Shown here piece by piece: positions 1 to 13,365 of a DNA stretch of 64,000 nt (positions are counted from its first letter, which is position 1; every line of letters begins with the position of its first letter). This stretch comes from Eledone cirrhosa (lineage: Eukaryota), in contig OZ024743.1 in NCBI GenBank assembly GCA_964016885.1, positions 323,206,001 through 323,270,000 on the forward strand, read 5' to 3'. The notes under the pieces were generated by a model that saw nothing but the letters and a program-made list of their open reading frames with translations, was not told the origin of the DNA and searched no databases. The position numbers and the translations under genes were made by a program.

Positions 1-651
1 CATTGAAAATATTACAGCAACGTGGTTGAAAAATACCACACCAATATATGTTCCCGATTTTATTAAAAATACTGGTCCACAACACACATTAGCTCCTGAT
101 GCTAAAGCACTGGATTATTTCTTTTTGTTTTTACCACAAACTTTCTTCGAAGTTATGGCAGAAGAGATTAATCGATATGCCAAACAACAGATTTCAAATC
201 GAGGAAAACCCAATCTGTTTGGCGACCGACAGATGCTGTGGAAATGCAAGCATTTTTTACCATAAATATAATGTTCGGTATAAAACAATTTCCAAGACTG
301 TGGATTACTGGAGCACTGATATAAGGTTTAGTGATCCCTATATATCAAGTATTATGCCGAAAACAACGTATTTAAAATTAAACCAGTATTTGCACCTGGT
401 TGATACTTCAAATGCCCCTATTAATTAATTTCACCTGCCCATAAATGTCAAATTTAACCAAAAAAAATCAGGTAAAATTATATAATTGTAAATTATTGAT
501 ATTTAAACATCTACTGACAAAATTTCAAGCCTCCACATAGAAAATTAAGAAAATTACAAACAAATAAAATTGATATGAGTATGATTAACTCAAAATAATG
601 TGAACAGATAAGCATGACATTTGAAAATTAATGCGAATGCTAAAAGGTTAA
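1..651 (+). mobile_element. Decayed piggyBac-type DNA transposon (N-terminal transposase fragment and right end)
   Basis: Frameshifted peptides LDYFFLFLPQTFFEVMAEEINRYAKQQ and DYWSTD...PYISSIMPKTTYLKLNQYLHLVD match piggyBac/PGBD transposase motifs. It ends in GAATGCTAAAAGG followed by TTAA (648-651). Confidence 0.8.
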
Positions 652-959
652 ACAAAAATATCATAAATAGCCATGAAGTATATAATTCAATTTCTAAGTA
701 AATGGTTTGTGTAATTAATTGAATCATCCAATTAATTTGTTGTCCAAAGAGTTTTGTACTTGGAACTTGCTGGAACTTATATCATACTAACAGCTGAGAG
801 AAGTGTAATTAGTTTTGATTTATAAATATTACACAATGTTGTTCTATTATCTATAATCAATGTCACTTTGATGTCTTGTGACTGACAGATGATTCAACAT
901 TGATCACCTATTATCTACATGTAATGCCACAATAATTTTTTATTTATATTGATGTTAAC

Positions 960-983
960 TATGTATGTGTGTACATGTTTGTA

Positions 984-1028
<45 letters not shown>

Positions 1029-1070
1029 TTTTACGTCCGCTTTTCTCTGCTTGTGTGTGTGTGTGTTTGT
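960..1070. repeat. (GT)n/(AT)n microsatellites around a minus-strand RTE/SINE tail remnant
   Basis: gtgtgt and (at)n runs; tcattttacgtccgcttt at 1026-1043 is the reverse complement of the retroposon 3' end. Confidence 0.8.
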
Positions 1071-1313
1071 ATGTAATGTCTGTGACACTTAAGGATCCAT
1101 AAGGATCTTCCAATTGAGAGGACTAACCATCAGGTTATAAATATAGATTCGGATTAAGTTTGTAGACTTTGTGGCAAACTCTGTAAGTCTCTCGTTGGCT
1201 TCAAAAAATCTCAGGTTCATAGGAACAACCAGCTGTGAGTCAATCTGTTAGTGATGGCCGTGCTCATCTGATGAGTAGACAGCCATCATGTATGTATGTA
1301 CATGTGTGAATAT

Positions 1314-1971
1314 ATAAACGAACTAAGGGAAAAATTAGAAATAAGAGGGATCAGATGTTGTTTACTCGAGAGAAGACTACGTTGGTACGGTCACGTGATG
1401 CGCATGAAAGATGACAGCTGTATAAAAAAGTGCAGGGCAATAAAAATCGACGGTAGCCACGGAGTAGGCAGACCCAGAAAGACCTGGGACGACTTGATAA
1501 ATTCTGACCTTACACACTTACACCTCTTCAAGACAATGTCACTAGACTGAGATCTTTGGCGCTACACAGTAATACAGAAGATCCGCCTTGCCTAAGTACA
1601 AAGTGAAACCTACTACAGTCAGTAGGCACCTCTAACAAATACACCCCCGTCCCACTACCCCCACCCCATCCACACCACCCCTTTCAATGTAAAGTTATGT
1701 TGGTACCACAACATTCAGTCCGAAACAAATGAGGTCTGTAGGTGTCACGACAAAAAAACACAGTCCACGCTGTAATGTGGCCGTGTAGGTAACACGGTAA
1801 AACCTCCCAGTCCACACTGTAAATGTGGTTGGTGTTAGGAAGGGCATCCAGCCGTAGAAAACCCGCCAGACAGTCCTATGCGAGCAAGACAACGACCCTT
1901 GCCTCAAGTGGGAAAATTCCCGTCCAAACCCATGCAAGCGTGGAAGATGGACGTTAAACGATGATGATGAT
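1314..1971 (+). mobile_element. 5'-truncated RTE-type LINE copy (ORF C-terminus, 3' UTR, (GAT)n tail)
   Basis: INELREKLEIRGIRCCLLERRLRWYGHVMRM...GRPRKTW, nearly identical to the copies at 16678 and 21494; ends GTTAAACGATGATGATGA. Confidence 0.93.
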
Positions 1972-2700
1972 ATTTATTTGATGGATCTGTAACTCCTGAG
2001 GGAGTCATAGGAGCTGTGTTGTGACATACCTTAAAATTGGTGCAGCCCATCCCCTTCTCCAGGCTAGAAAACACCCAATTTCTTCCGAGGAAAGAGAAAG
2101 GAGATAGTGAGGGAGTGAGAGGGGAAGTAAGAAATGGATATAGAGAAAGAATGGACCTCCAGTACTATATTGGTACTTTTTTTAGTGACCTCAGAAGGAT
2201 GAAAGACAGTTGACTGTATTGTATCCAATGTTCTAGCTATTTTACCAATTTACTACACTGATAACTAAATACGAGTTAAAAACTTTTTCAATGTTTTAGT
2301 CAGAAGGTTAAGGGTAGAGCCTTAATCCATTCCAGTATCTTTGAGACTACCAAGAAGAGGAGGGAAAGTTATAATCAGTTTAGAGACTTGGCCTCAGTGC
2401 TAGATTCACCTATAAGCTAAATAAGCACATTTTTTTACAATACATTCTTATTTTATCATTGGTTATTATTCTTTAACACTAAATCATCAAAACATATACA
2501 TATATAATTATATACAACAGTAACAAATACGGGTACTTAAGTTTTGTTGGGTTATACACCCAACCTCATTAAAGAAATATGGCCACTACCATCTTGGTAT
2601 ATGTCACTGTTGTAACTAATTATACTTAACTCATACTATGGACTGAGTGCTCTTTCCCTTGGATATTTCTACCAAACTTTTACTACAGTATATATATATT

Positions 2701-2894
2701 AATAATAATTGTTTCTACTTTTGGCACAAGGCCAGCAAATACCCAGTACATTACTGGTACTTTATTTTATCGACCCCGTAAGGATGAATGGTAAAGTTAA
2801 CCTCGGCAGGATTTGAACTCAGATCATAAAGGGCCGTAACTCTATGCTGCAAAGCATGGCGTCCGACCCTCTACCGATACTGCCAATCCACCAA
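2701..2894 (-). mobile_element. tRNA-derived SINE
   Basis: Reverse complement of the 14827-15043 family; B box seen as ggatttgaactc. Confidence 0.85.
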
Positions 2895-3050
2895 TGTATA
2901 ATTATTTTAAATGTTTTTAAAGAAGGGCTTCAAATTTCACATAACTTAGGTCCTCAACAGGTGAAAGAATTTTTGTTTCTTTGCATAGTTTCTAATCCTG
3001 GGCCTTCTCACTCCTGTTGGAGAAGCCCTTCCCTGGTTGACCTCCATCGC

Positions 3051-3300
3051 TTTTTTTTTTTTTTTTTTTTCTTTTAGTCATGTCAGGGGTGTAGCTGTAC
3101 TCACCACGTTTGGCCAATTGTAAGTTGGTGAGACTATTTAACCTATAGTTGGGTTGAATGGTTGTTGTCTCTGAGGAGTTCATCCACCCTTTTAACAACT
3201 CTTGTTTTTTGTACTGCTAGGGTTCCACTTACACTCTCCACCAGACTCTGGTCTGATGGACAAATTGTGCTGCGGCAAAGTATAAAGGAATAAATGGTGA
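3051..3300 (-). mobile_element. Possible poly(A)-tailed retroposon 3' fragment
   Basis: A T20 tract at 3051-3070 abuts unique, more GC-balanced sequence; family not recognised. Confidence 0.3.
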
Positions 3301-3339
3301 TAATATTTAAGCAGTAGAGGAAGCATCATATAAAATGGT

Positions 3340-6300
3340 GATGATGATGAGAGAAGGCATGATATAAAACAGTGATGAGAGAAGGCATGATATAAAACTG
3401 ATGAGAGAAGGCATGATATAAAACAGTGATGAGAGAAGGCATGATATAAAACTGATGAGAGAAGGCATGATATAAAACAGTGATGAGAGAAGGCATGATA
3501 TAAAACTGATGAGAGAAGGCATGATATAAAAGAGTGATGAGAAAAGGCATGATATAAAACGGTGATGAGAGAAGGCATGATATAAAACTGATGAGAGAAA
3601 GCATGATATAAAACTAATGAGAGAAGGCATGATATAAAACTGATGAGAGAAGGCATGATATAAAACAATGATGAGAGAAGGCATGATATAAAACAACAAT
3701 GAGAGAAGGCATGATATAAAACAGTGATGAGAGAAGGCATGATATAAAACAGTGATGAGAGAAGGCATGATATAAAACAATGATGAGAGAAAGCATGATA
3801 TAAAACAATGATGAGAGAAGGCATGATATAAAACTGATGAGAGAAGGCATGATATAAAACTGATGAGAGAAGGCATGATATAACACTGATGAGAGAAGGC
3901 ATGATATAAAACAAGGATGAGAGAAGGCATGATATAAAACAATGATGAGAGAAGGCATGATATAAAACTGATGAGAGAAGGCATGATATAAAACTGATGA
4001 GAGAAGGCATGATATAAAACAGTGATGAGAGAAGGCATGATATAAAACTGATGAGAGAAGGCATGATATAAAACAGTGATGAGAGAAGGCATGATATAAA
4101 ACTGATGAGAGAAGGCATGATATAAAAGAGTGATGAGAAAAGGCATGATATAAAACGGTGATGAGAGAAGGCATGATATAAAACTGATGAGAGAAAGCAT
4201 GATATAAAACTAATGAGAGAAGGCATGATATAAAACTGATGAGAGAAGGCATGATATAAAACAATGATGAGAGAAGGCATGATATAAAACAACAATGAGA
4301 GAAGGCATGATATAAAACAGTGATGAGAGAAGGCATGATATAAAACAGTGATGAGAGAAGGCATGATATAAAACAATGATGAGAGAAAGCATGATATAAA
4401 ACAATGATGAGAGAAGGCATGATATAAAACTGATGAGAGAAGGCATGATATAAAACTGATGAGAGAAGGCATGATATAACACTGATGAGAGAAGGCATGA
4501 TATAAAACAAGGATGAGAGAAGGCATGATATAAAACAATGATGAGAGAAGGCATGATATAAAACTGATGAGAGAAGGCATGATATAACACTGATGAGAGA
4601 AGGCATGATATAAAACAAGGATGAGAGAAGGCATGATATAAAACAATGATGAGAGAAGGCATGATATAAAACAATGATGAGAGAAGGCATGATATAAAAC
4701 AATGATGAGAGAAGGCATGATATAAAACAATGATGAGAGAAGGCATGATATAAAACAATGATGAGAGAAGGCATGATATAAAACTGATGAGAGAAGACAT
4801 GATATAAAACTGATGAGAGAAGGCATGATATAACACTGATGAGAGAAGGCATGATATAAAACAGTGTTGAGAGAAGGCATGATATAAAACAATGAGAGAA
4901 GGCATGATATAAAACAATGAGAGAAGGCATGATATAAAACAGTGATGAGAGAAGGCATGATATAAAACAGTGATGAGAGAAGGCATGAGATAAAACAATG
5001 ATGAGAGAAGGCATGAGATAAAACAATGATGAGAGAAGGCATGATATAAAACAATGATGAGAGAAGGCATGATATAAAACAATGATGAGAGAAGGCATGA
5101 TATAAAACAATGAGAGAAGGCATGATATAAAACAGTGATGAGAGAAGGCATGATATAAAACTGATGAGAGAAGGCATGATATAAAACAGTGATGAGAGAA
5201 GGCATGATATAAAACAGTGATGAGAGATGGCATGATATAAAACAGTGATGAGAGAAGGCATGATATAAAACAGTGATGAGAGAAGGCATGATATAAAACA
5301 ATGATGAGAGAAGGCATGATATAAAACAATGATGAGAGAAGGCATGATATAAAACAATGATGAGAGAAGGCATGATATAAAACAACGAGAGAAGGCATGA
5401 TATAAAACAATGATGAGAGAAGGCATGATATAAAACAATGATGAGAGAAGGCATGATATAAAACAATGATGAGAGAAGGCATGATATAAAACAATGAGAG
5501 AAGGCATGATATAAAACAATGATGAGAGAAGGCATGATATAAAACAATGATGAGAGCAGGCATGATATAAAACAATGATGAGAGAAGGCATGATATAAAA
5601 CAATGAGAGAAGGCATGATATAAAACAATGAGGAGAGAAGGCATGATATAAAACAATGAGGAGAGAAGGCATGATATAAAACAATGAGGAGAGAAGGCAT
5701 GATATAAAACAATGTGGAGAGAAGGCATGATATAAAACAATGAGAAGAGAAGGCATGATATAAAACAATGAGAAGAGAAGGCATGATATAAAACTGTGAT
5801 GAGAGAAGGCATGATATAAAACAATAATGAGCGAAGGCATGATATAAAACAATGATGAGAGAAGGCATGATATAAAACAATGATGAGAGAAGGCATGATA
5901 TAAAACAATGATGAGAGAAGGCATGATATAAAACAATGATGAGAGAAGGCATGATATAAAACAATGATGAGAGAAGGCATGATATAAAACAATGAGAGAA
6001 GGCATGATATAAAACAGTGATGAGAGAAGGCATGATATAAAACTGATGAGAGAAGGCATGATATAAAACAGTGATGAGAGAAGGCATGATATAAAACAGT
6101 GATGAGAGAAGGCATGATATAAAACAGTGATGAGAGAAGGCATGATATAAAACAATGATGAGAGAAGGCATGATATAAAACAATGATGAGAGAAGGCATG
6201 ATATAAAACAATGATGAGAGAAGGCATGATATAAAACAATGAGAGAAGGCATGATATAAAACAATGAGAGAAGGCATGATATAAAACAATGAGAGAAGGC

Positions 6301-9300
6301 ATGATATAAAACAATGATGAGAGAAGGCATGATATAAAACAATGTGGAGAGAAGGCATGATATAAAGCAATGAGGAGAGAAGGCATGATATAAAACAATG
6401 AGAAGAGAAGGCATGATATAAAACAGTGATGAGAGAAGGCATGATATAAAACAATAATGAGAGAAGGCATGATATAAAACAATGATGAGAGAAGGCATGA
6501 TATAAAACAATGATGAGAGAAGGCATGATATAAAACAATGATGAGAGAAGGCATGATATAAAACAATGATGAGAGAAGGCATGATATAAAACAATGATGA
6601 GAGAAGGCATGATATAAAACAATGATGAGAGAAGGCATGATATAAAACAATGATGAGAGAAGGCATGATATAAAACACTGATGAGAGAAGGCATGATATA
6701 AAACAATGATGAGAGAAGGCATGATATAAAACAATGATGAGAGAAGGCATGATATAAAACAATGATGAGAGAAGGCATGATACAAAACAATGATGAGAAA
6801 AGGCATGATATAAAACAATGATGAGAGAAGGCATGATATAAAACAAGGATGAGAGAAGGCATGATATAAAACAATGAGAGAAGACATGATATAAAACTGA
6901 GGAGAGAAGGCATGATATAAAACAAGGATGAGAGAAGGCATGATATAAAACAATGAGAGAAGGCATGATATAAAACAATGAGAGAAGGCATGATATAAAA
7001 CAATGAGAGAAGGCATGATATAAAACAATGAGAGAAGGCATGATATAAAACAATGATGAGAGAAGGCATGATATAAAACAATGATGAGAGAAGGCATGAT
7101 ATAAAACAAGGATGAGAGAAGGCATGATATAAAACAAGGATGAGAGAAGGCATGATATAAAACAATGAGAGAAGGCATGATATAAAACAGTGATGAGAGA
7201 AGGCATGATATAAAACTGATGAGAGAAGGTATGATATAAAACAACAATAATGAGAGAAGGCATGATATAAAACAATGATGAGAGAAGGCATGATATAAAA
7301 CAAGGATGAGAGAAGGCATGATATAAAACAATGATGAGAGAAGGCATGATATAAAACAATGATGAGAGAAGGCATGATATAAAACAATGAGAGAAGGCAT
7401 GATATAAAACAGTGATGAGAGAAGGCATGATATAAAACAATGATGCGAGAAGGCATGATATAAAACAATGAGAGAAGGCATGATATAAAACAATGAGAGA
7501 AGGTATGATATAAAACAATGAGAGAAGGCATGATATAAAACAATTAGAGAAGGCATGATATAAAACAGTGATGAGAGAAGGCATGATATAAAACAATGAT
7601 GAGAGAAGGCATGATATAAAACAATGATGAGAGAAGGCATGATATAAAACAATGATGAGAGAAGGCATGATATAAAACAATGATGAGAGAAGGCATGATA
7701 TAAAACAATGAGAGAAGGCATGATATAAAACAATGAGAGAAGGCATGATATAAAACAATGAGAGAAGGCATGATATAAAACAATGAGAGAAGGCATGATA
7801 TAAAACAATGATGAGAGAAGGCATGATATAAAACAATGATGAGAGAAGGCATGATATAAAACAATGAGAGAAGGTATGATATAAAACAATGAGAGAAGGT
7901 ATGATATAAAACAATGAGAGAAGGTATGATATAAAACAATGCGAGAAGGCATGATATAAAACAGTGATGAGAGAAGGCATGATATGAAACAATGATGAGA
8001 AGGCATGATATAAAACAATGATGAGAAGGCATGATATAAAACAATGAGAGAAGGCATGATATAAAACAATGAGAGAAGGCATGATATAAAACAATGAGAG
8101 AAGGCATCATATAAAACAATGAGAGAAGGCATGATATAAAACAATGATGAGAGAAGGCATGATATAAAACAATGATGAGAGAAGGCATGATATAAAACAA
8201 TGATGAGAGAAGGCATGATATAAAACAATGATGAGAGAAGGCATGATATAAAACAATGATGAGAGAAGGCATGATATAAAACAATGAGAGAAGGCATGAT
8301 ATAAAACAATGATGAGAGAAGGCATGATATAGAACAATGATGAGAGAAGGCATGATACAAAACAATGAGAGAAGGCATGATATAAAACAGTGATGAGAGA
8401 AGGCATGATATAAAACAATGATGCGAGAAGGCATGATATAAAACAATGAGAGAAGGCATGATATAAAACAATGAGAGAAGGCATGATATAAAACAATGAG
8501 AGAAGGCATGATATAAAACAATGAGAGAAGGCATGATATAAAACAATGAGAGAAGGCATGATATAAAACAATGAGAGAAGGCATGATATAAAACAATGAG
8601 AGAAGGTATGATATAAAACAATGAGAGAAGGTATGATATAAAACAATGAGAGAAGGCATGATATAAAACAATTAGAGAAGGCATGATATAAAACAGTGAT
8701 GAGAGAAGGCATGATATAAAACAATGATGAGAGAAGGCATGATATAAAACAATGATGAGAGAAGGCATGATATAAAACAATGAGAGAAGGCATGATATAA
8801 AACAATGATGAGAGAAGGCATGATATAAAACAATGATGAGAGAAGGCATGATATAAAACTGATGAGAGAAGGCATGATATAAAACAATGATGAGAGAAGG
8901 CATGATATAAAACAATGATGAGAGAAGGCATGATATAAAACAATGAGAGAAGGCATGATATAAAACAATGAGAGAAGGCATGATATAAAACAATGATGAG
9001 AGAAGGCATGATATAAAACAATGAGAGAAGGTATGATATAAAACAATGAGAGAAGGTATGATATAAAACAATGAGAGAAGGTATGATATAAAACAATGAG
9101 AGAAGGTATGATATAAAACAATGAGAGAAGGTATGATATAAAACAATGCGAGAAGGCATGATATAAAACAGTGATGAGAGAAGGCATGATATGAAACAAT
9201 GATGAGAAGGCATGATATAAAACAATGAGAGAAGGCATGATATAAAACAATGAGAGAAGGCATGATATAAAACAATGAGAGAAGGCATGATATAAAACAA

Positions 9301-12300
9301 TGAGAGAAGGCATGATATAAAACAATGAGAGAAGGCATGATATAAAACAATGAGAGAAGGCATGATATAAAACAATGAGAGAAGGCATGATATAAAACAA
9401 TGAGAGAAGGCATGATATAAAACAATGATGAGAGAAGTCATGATATAAAACAATGATGAGAGAAGGCATGATATAAAACAATGATGAGAGAAGGCATGAT
9501 ATAAAACAATGAGAGAAGGCATGATATAAAACAATGATAGAAGGCATGATATAAAACTGATGAGAGAAGGCATGATATAAAACAATGATGATGATGAGAG
9601 AAGGCATGGTATAAAACTGATGAGAGAATGCATGATATAAAACAATGAGAGAAGGCATGATATAAAACAATGAGAGAAGGCATGATATAAAACAATGAGA
9701 GAAGGCATGATATAAAACAATGAGAGAAGGCATGATATAAAACAATGAGAGAAGGCATGATATAAAACAATGACAAGGCATGATATAAAACAATGAGAGA
9801 AGGCATGATATAAAACTGATGAGAGAAGGCATGATATAAAACAATGATGCGAGAAGGCATGATATAAAACAATGAGAGAAGGCATGATATAAAACAATGA
9901 GAGAAGGCATGATATAAAACAATGAGAGAAGGCATGATATAAAACAATGAGAGAAGGCATGATATAAAACAATGAGAGAAGGCATGATATAAAACAATGA
10001 GAGAAGGCATGATATAAAACAATGAGAGAAGGCATGATATAAAACAATGAGAGAAGGCATGATATAAAACAATTAGAGAAGGCATGATATAAAACAGTGA
10101 TGAGAGAAGGCATGATATAAAACAGTGATGAGAGAAGGCATGATATAAAACAATGATGAGAGAAGGCATGATATAAAACAATGATGAGAGAAGGCATGAT
10201 ATAAAACAATGAGAGAAGGCATGATATAAAACAATGAGAGAAGGCATGATATAAAACAATGAGAGAAGGCATGATATAAAACAATGAGAGAAGGCATGAT
10301 ATAAAACAATGAGAGAAGGCATGATATAAAACAATGATGAGAGAAGGCATGATATAAAACAATAATGAGAGAAGGCATGATATAAAACAATGATGAGAGA
10401 AGGCATGATATAAAACAATGATGAGAGAAGGCATGATATAAAACAATGATGAGAGAAGGCATGATATAAACAATGATGAGAGAAGGCATGATATAAAACA
10501 GTGATGAGAGAAGGCATGATATAAAACAGTGATGAGAGAAGGCATGATATAAAACAGTGATGAGAGAAGGCATGATATAAAACAGTGATGAGAGAAAGCA
10601 TGATATAAAACAGTGATGAGAGAAGGCATGATATAAAACAGTGATGAGAGAAGGCATGATATAAAACAGTGATGAGAGAAGGCATGATATAAAACAAGGA
10701 TGAGAGAAGGCATGATATAAAACAACAATAATGAGAGAAGGCATGATATAAAACAACAATAATGAGAGAAGGCATGATATAAAACAACAATAATGAGAGA
10801 AGGCATGATATAAAACAATGATGAGAGAAGGCATGATATAAAACAATGATGAGAGAAGGCATGATATAAAACAATGATGAGAGAAGGCATGATATAAAAC
10901 AATGATGAGAGAAGGCATGATATAAAACAATGAGAGAAGGCATGATATAAAACAATGAGAGAAGGCATGATATAAAACAATGATGAGAGAAGGCATGATA
11001 TAAAACAATGATGAGAGAAGGCATGATATAAAACAATGATGATAGAAGGCATGATATAAAACAATGATGAGAGAAGGCATGATATAAAACAATGATGAGA
11101 GAAGGCATGATATAAAACAATGAGAGAAGGCATGATATAAAACAATGAGAGAAGGCATGATATAAAACAATGAGAGAAGGCATGATATAAAACAATGAGA
11201 GAAGGCATGATATAAAACAATGAGAGAAGGCATGATATAAAACAATGAGAGAAGGCATGATATAAAACAATGAGAGAAGGCATGATATAAAACAATGAGA
11301 GAAGGCATGATATAAAACAATGAAAGAAGGCATGATATAAAACTGATGAGAGAAGGCATGATATAAAACAATGAGAGAAGGCATGATATAAAACAATGAT
11401 AGAAGGCATGATATAAAACTGATGAGAGAAGGCATGATATAAAACAATGATGATGATGAGAGAAGGCATGGTATAAAACTGATGAGAGAATGCATGATAT
11501 AAAACAATGAGAGAAGGCATGATATAAAACAATGAGAGAAGGCATGATATAAAACAATGAGAGAAGGCATGATATAAAACAATGAGAGAAGGCATGATAT
11601 AAAACAATGAGAGAAGGCATGATATAAAACAATGAGAGAAGGCATGATATAAAACAATGACAAGGCATGATATAAAACAATGAGAGAAGGCATGATATAA
11701 AACTGATGAGAGAAGGCATGATATAAAACAATGATGCGAGAAGGCATGATATAAAACAATGAGAGAAGGCATGATATAAAACAATGAGAGAAGGCATGAT
11801 ATAAAACAATGAGAGAAGGCATGATATAAAACAATGAGAGAAGGCATGATATAAAACAATGAGAGAAGGCATGATATAAAACAATGAGAGAAGGCATGAT
11901 ATAAAACAATGAGAGAAGGCATGATATAAAACAATGAAAGAAGGCATGATATAAAACAATGAAAGAAGGCATGATATAAAACTGATGAGAGAAGGCATGA
12001 TATAAAACAATGAAAGAAGGCATGATATAAAACAATGAGAGAAGGCATGATATAAAACAATGAGAGAAGGCATGATATAAAACTGATGAGAGAAGGCATG
12101 ATATAAAACAATGAGAGAAGGCATGATATAAAACAACAATGATGATGATGAGAGAAGGCATGGTATAAAACTGATGAGAGAAGGCATGATATAAAACAAT
12201 GAGAGAAGGCATGATATAAAACAATGATGAGAGAAGGCATGATATAAAACAATGATGAGAGAAGGCATGATATAAAACAATGATGAGAGAAGGCATGATA

Positions 12301-12727
12301 TAAAACAATGATGAGAGAAGGCATGATATAAAACTGATGAGAGAAGGCATGATATAAAACTGATGAGAGAAGGCATGATATAAAACAATGATGAGAGAAG
12401 GCATGATATAAAACAATGATGAGAGAAGGCATGATATAAAACTGAGGAGAGAAGGCATGATATAAAACAATGATGAGAGAAGGCATGATATAAAACAATG
12501 ATGAGAGAAGGTATGATATAAAGCAATGATGAGAGAAGGCATGATATAAAACAATGATGAGAGAAGGCATGATATAAAACAATGATGAGAGAAGGCATGA
12601 TATAAAACAATGATGAGAGAAGGCATGATATAAAACAATGATGAGAGAAGGCATGATATAAAACAATGATGAGAGAAGGCATGATATAAAACAATGATGA
12701 TGATGAGAGAAGGCATGATATAAAACA
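3340..12727. repeat. Satellite 1: 22-bp core GAGAGAAGGCATGATATAAAAC plus variable spacer (AAT, TGAT, AATGAT, AGTGAT, AACAATAAT); units mostly 25/26/28 bp, roughly 350 copies
   Basis: Directly visible tandem array; ends about 100 bp before the acceptor at 12827. Confidence 0.99.
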
Positions 12728-12827
12728 AACACAATTTTAAGCATAGGATACATTGTAGGAACTGAAGAGAAAGCTGAATAAGAAAAGTTTTTAACTCTGC
12801 CATTTTGTTTTATATATTATTTTCTAG

Positions 12828-13040
12828 GGAAGAGGTGGCTTGGGCAGCATTTTTGTGTGGGCATCTGGTAATGGAGGCTCTTATTATGATTCTTGCAACT
12901 GTGATGGGTACACTAATAGCATCTATACCTTATCAATCAGCAGTACATCAAAGAATGGTGTAAAACCTTGGTACTTAGAAGAATGTTCATCAACACTTGC
13001 TTCTACCTACAGTAGTGGATCCTTCAATGAGCCACAAATT
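12828..13040 (+). CDS. furin: Furin/PC5-like proprotein convertase, internal exon (catalytic domain, oxyanion-hole Asn)
   Basis: ttttctag|GGA...ATT|gtaagt; 213 nt, phase 0-0; [71 protein letters not shown]. Asn in SGNGG excludes PC2. [11 protein letters not shown] resembles PC5/furin-2; exact orthology is not resolved. Confidence 0.97.
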
Positions 13041-13144
13041 GTAAGTTAATCTTTTATTCTTGTTTCTCTCCTTAAAAATCTCATGAGAGAAATTTTCTGT
13101 CTATTTTTTTTCTTTTCTGTTCACAATATTTTAAATTTATATGT

Positions 13145-13365
13145 CATGAATTTGATTCTTGGACCAGGTTACATGCTGTGTTCTTCAGCAAAAAACTTCA
13201 TTTCACATTGTTCCAGTATACTCAGGTGAAAATGAGTATCGGTAGATGCTTGGAGTTAATCATGTGATGGATTAGTGTCTTGTCCAGGGAAAGGTCTTGT
13301 ACTCTCAGTTGCTTAATGTTAATGAAAACCAGGATAAGCACTAGCCTGATGAACCCCCAGGCTTG
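13145..13365 (+). mobile_element. Old SINE-like repeat
   Basis: ctgtgttcttcagcaaaaaacttcatttcaca...ctcaggtgaaaatgagta...gtgatggattagtgtcttgtccaggg...aaaccaggataagc resembles widespread metazoan SINE2 bodies (from memory). Confidence 0.5.

Noticed and set aside
1695-1937. Recurrent MHGFGREFSHLRQ ORFs (also 16708, 21539) as a small gene family
   Set aside because: They are antisense readings of the LINE 3' UTR, starting at non-ATG codons.
3083-3092. 10-bp match (reverse complement CACCCCTGAC) to the satellite 2 monomer as its origin
   Set aside because: Too short to exceed chance.
3340-12727. CRISPR-like array (constant core plus variable spacer)
   Set aside because: Spacers are only 3-12 nt and recurrent, there are no cas genes, and the context is a eukaryotic spliced gene.
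3192-12803. ORFs of 92-2077 aa on the minus strand as protein-coding genes
   Set aside because: They are translations of a satellite whose unit length is not a multiple of three, give the same peptide in all frames, and lie antisense within an intron.
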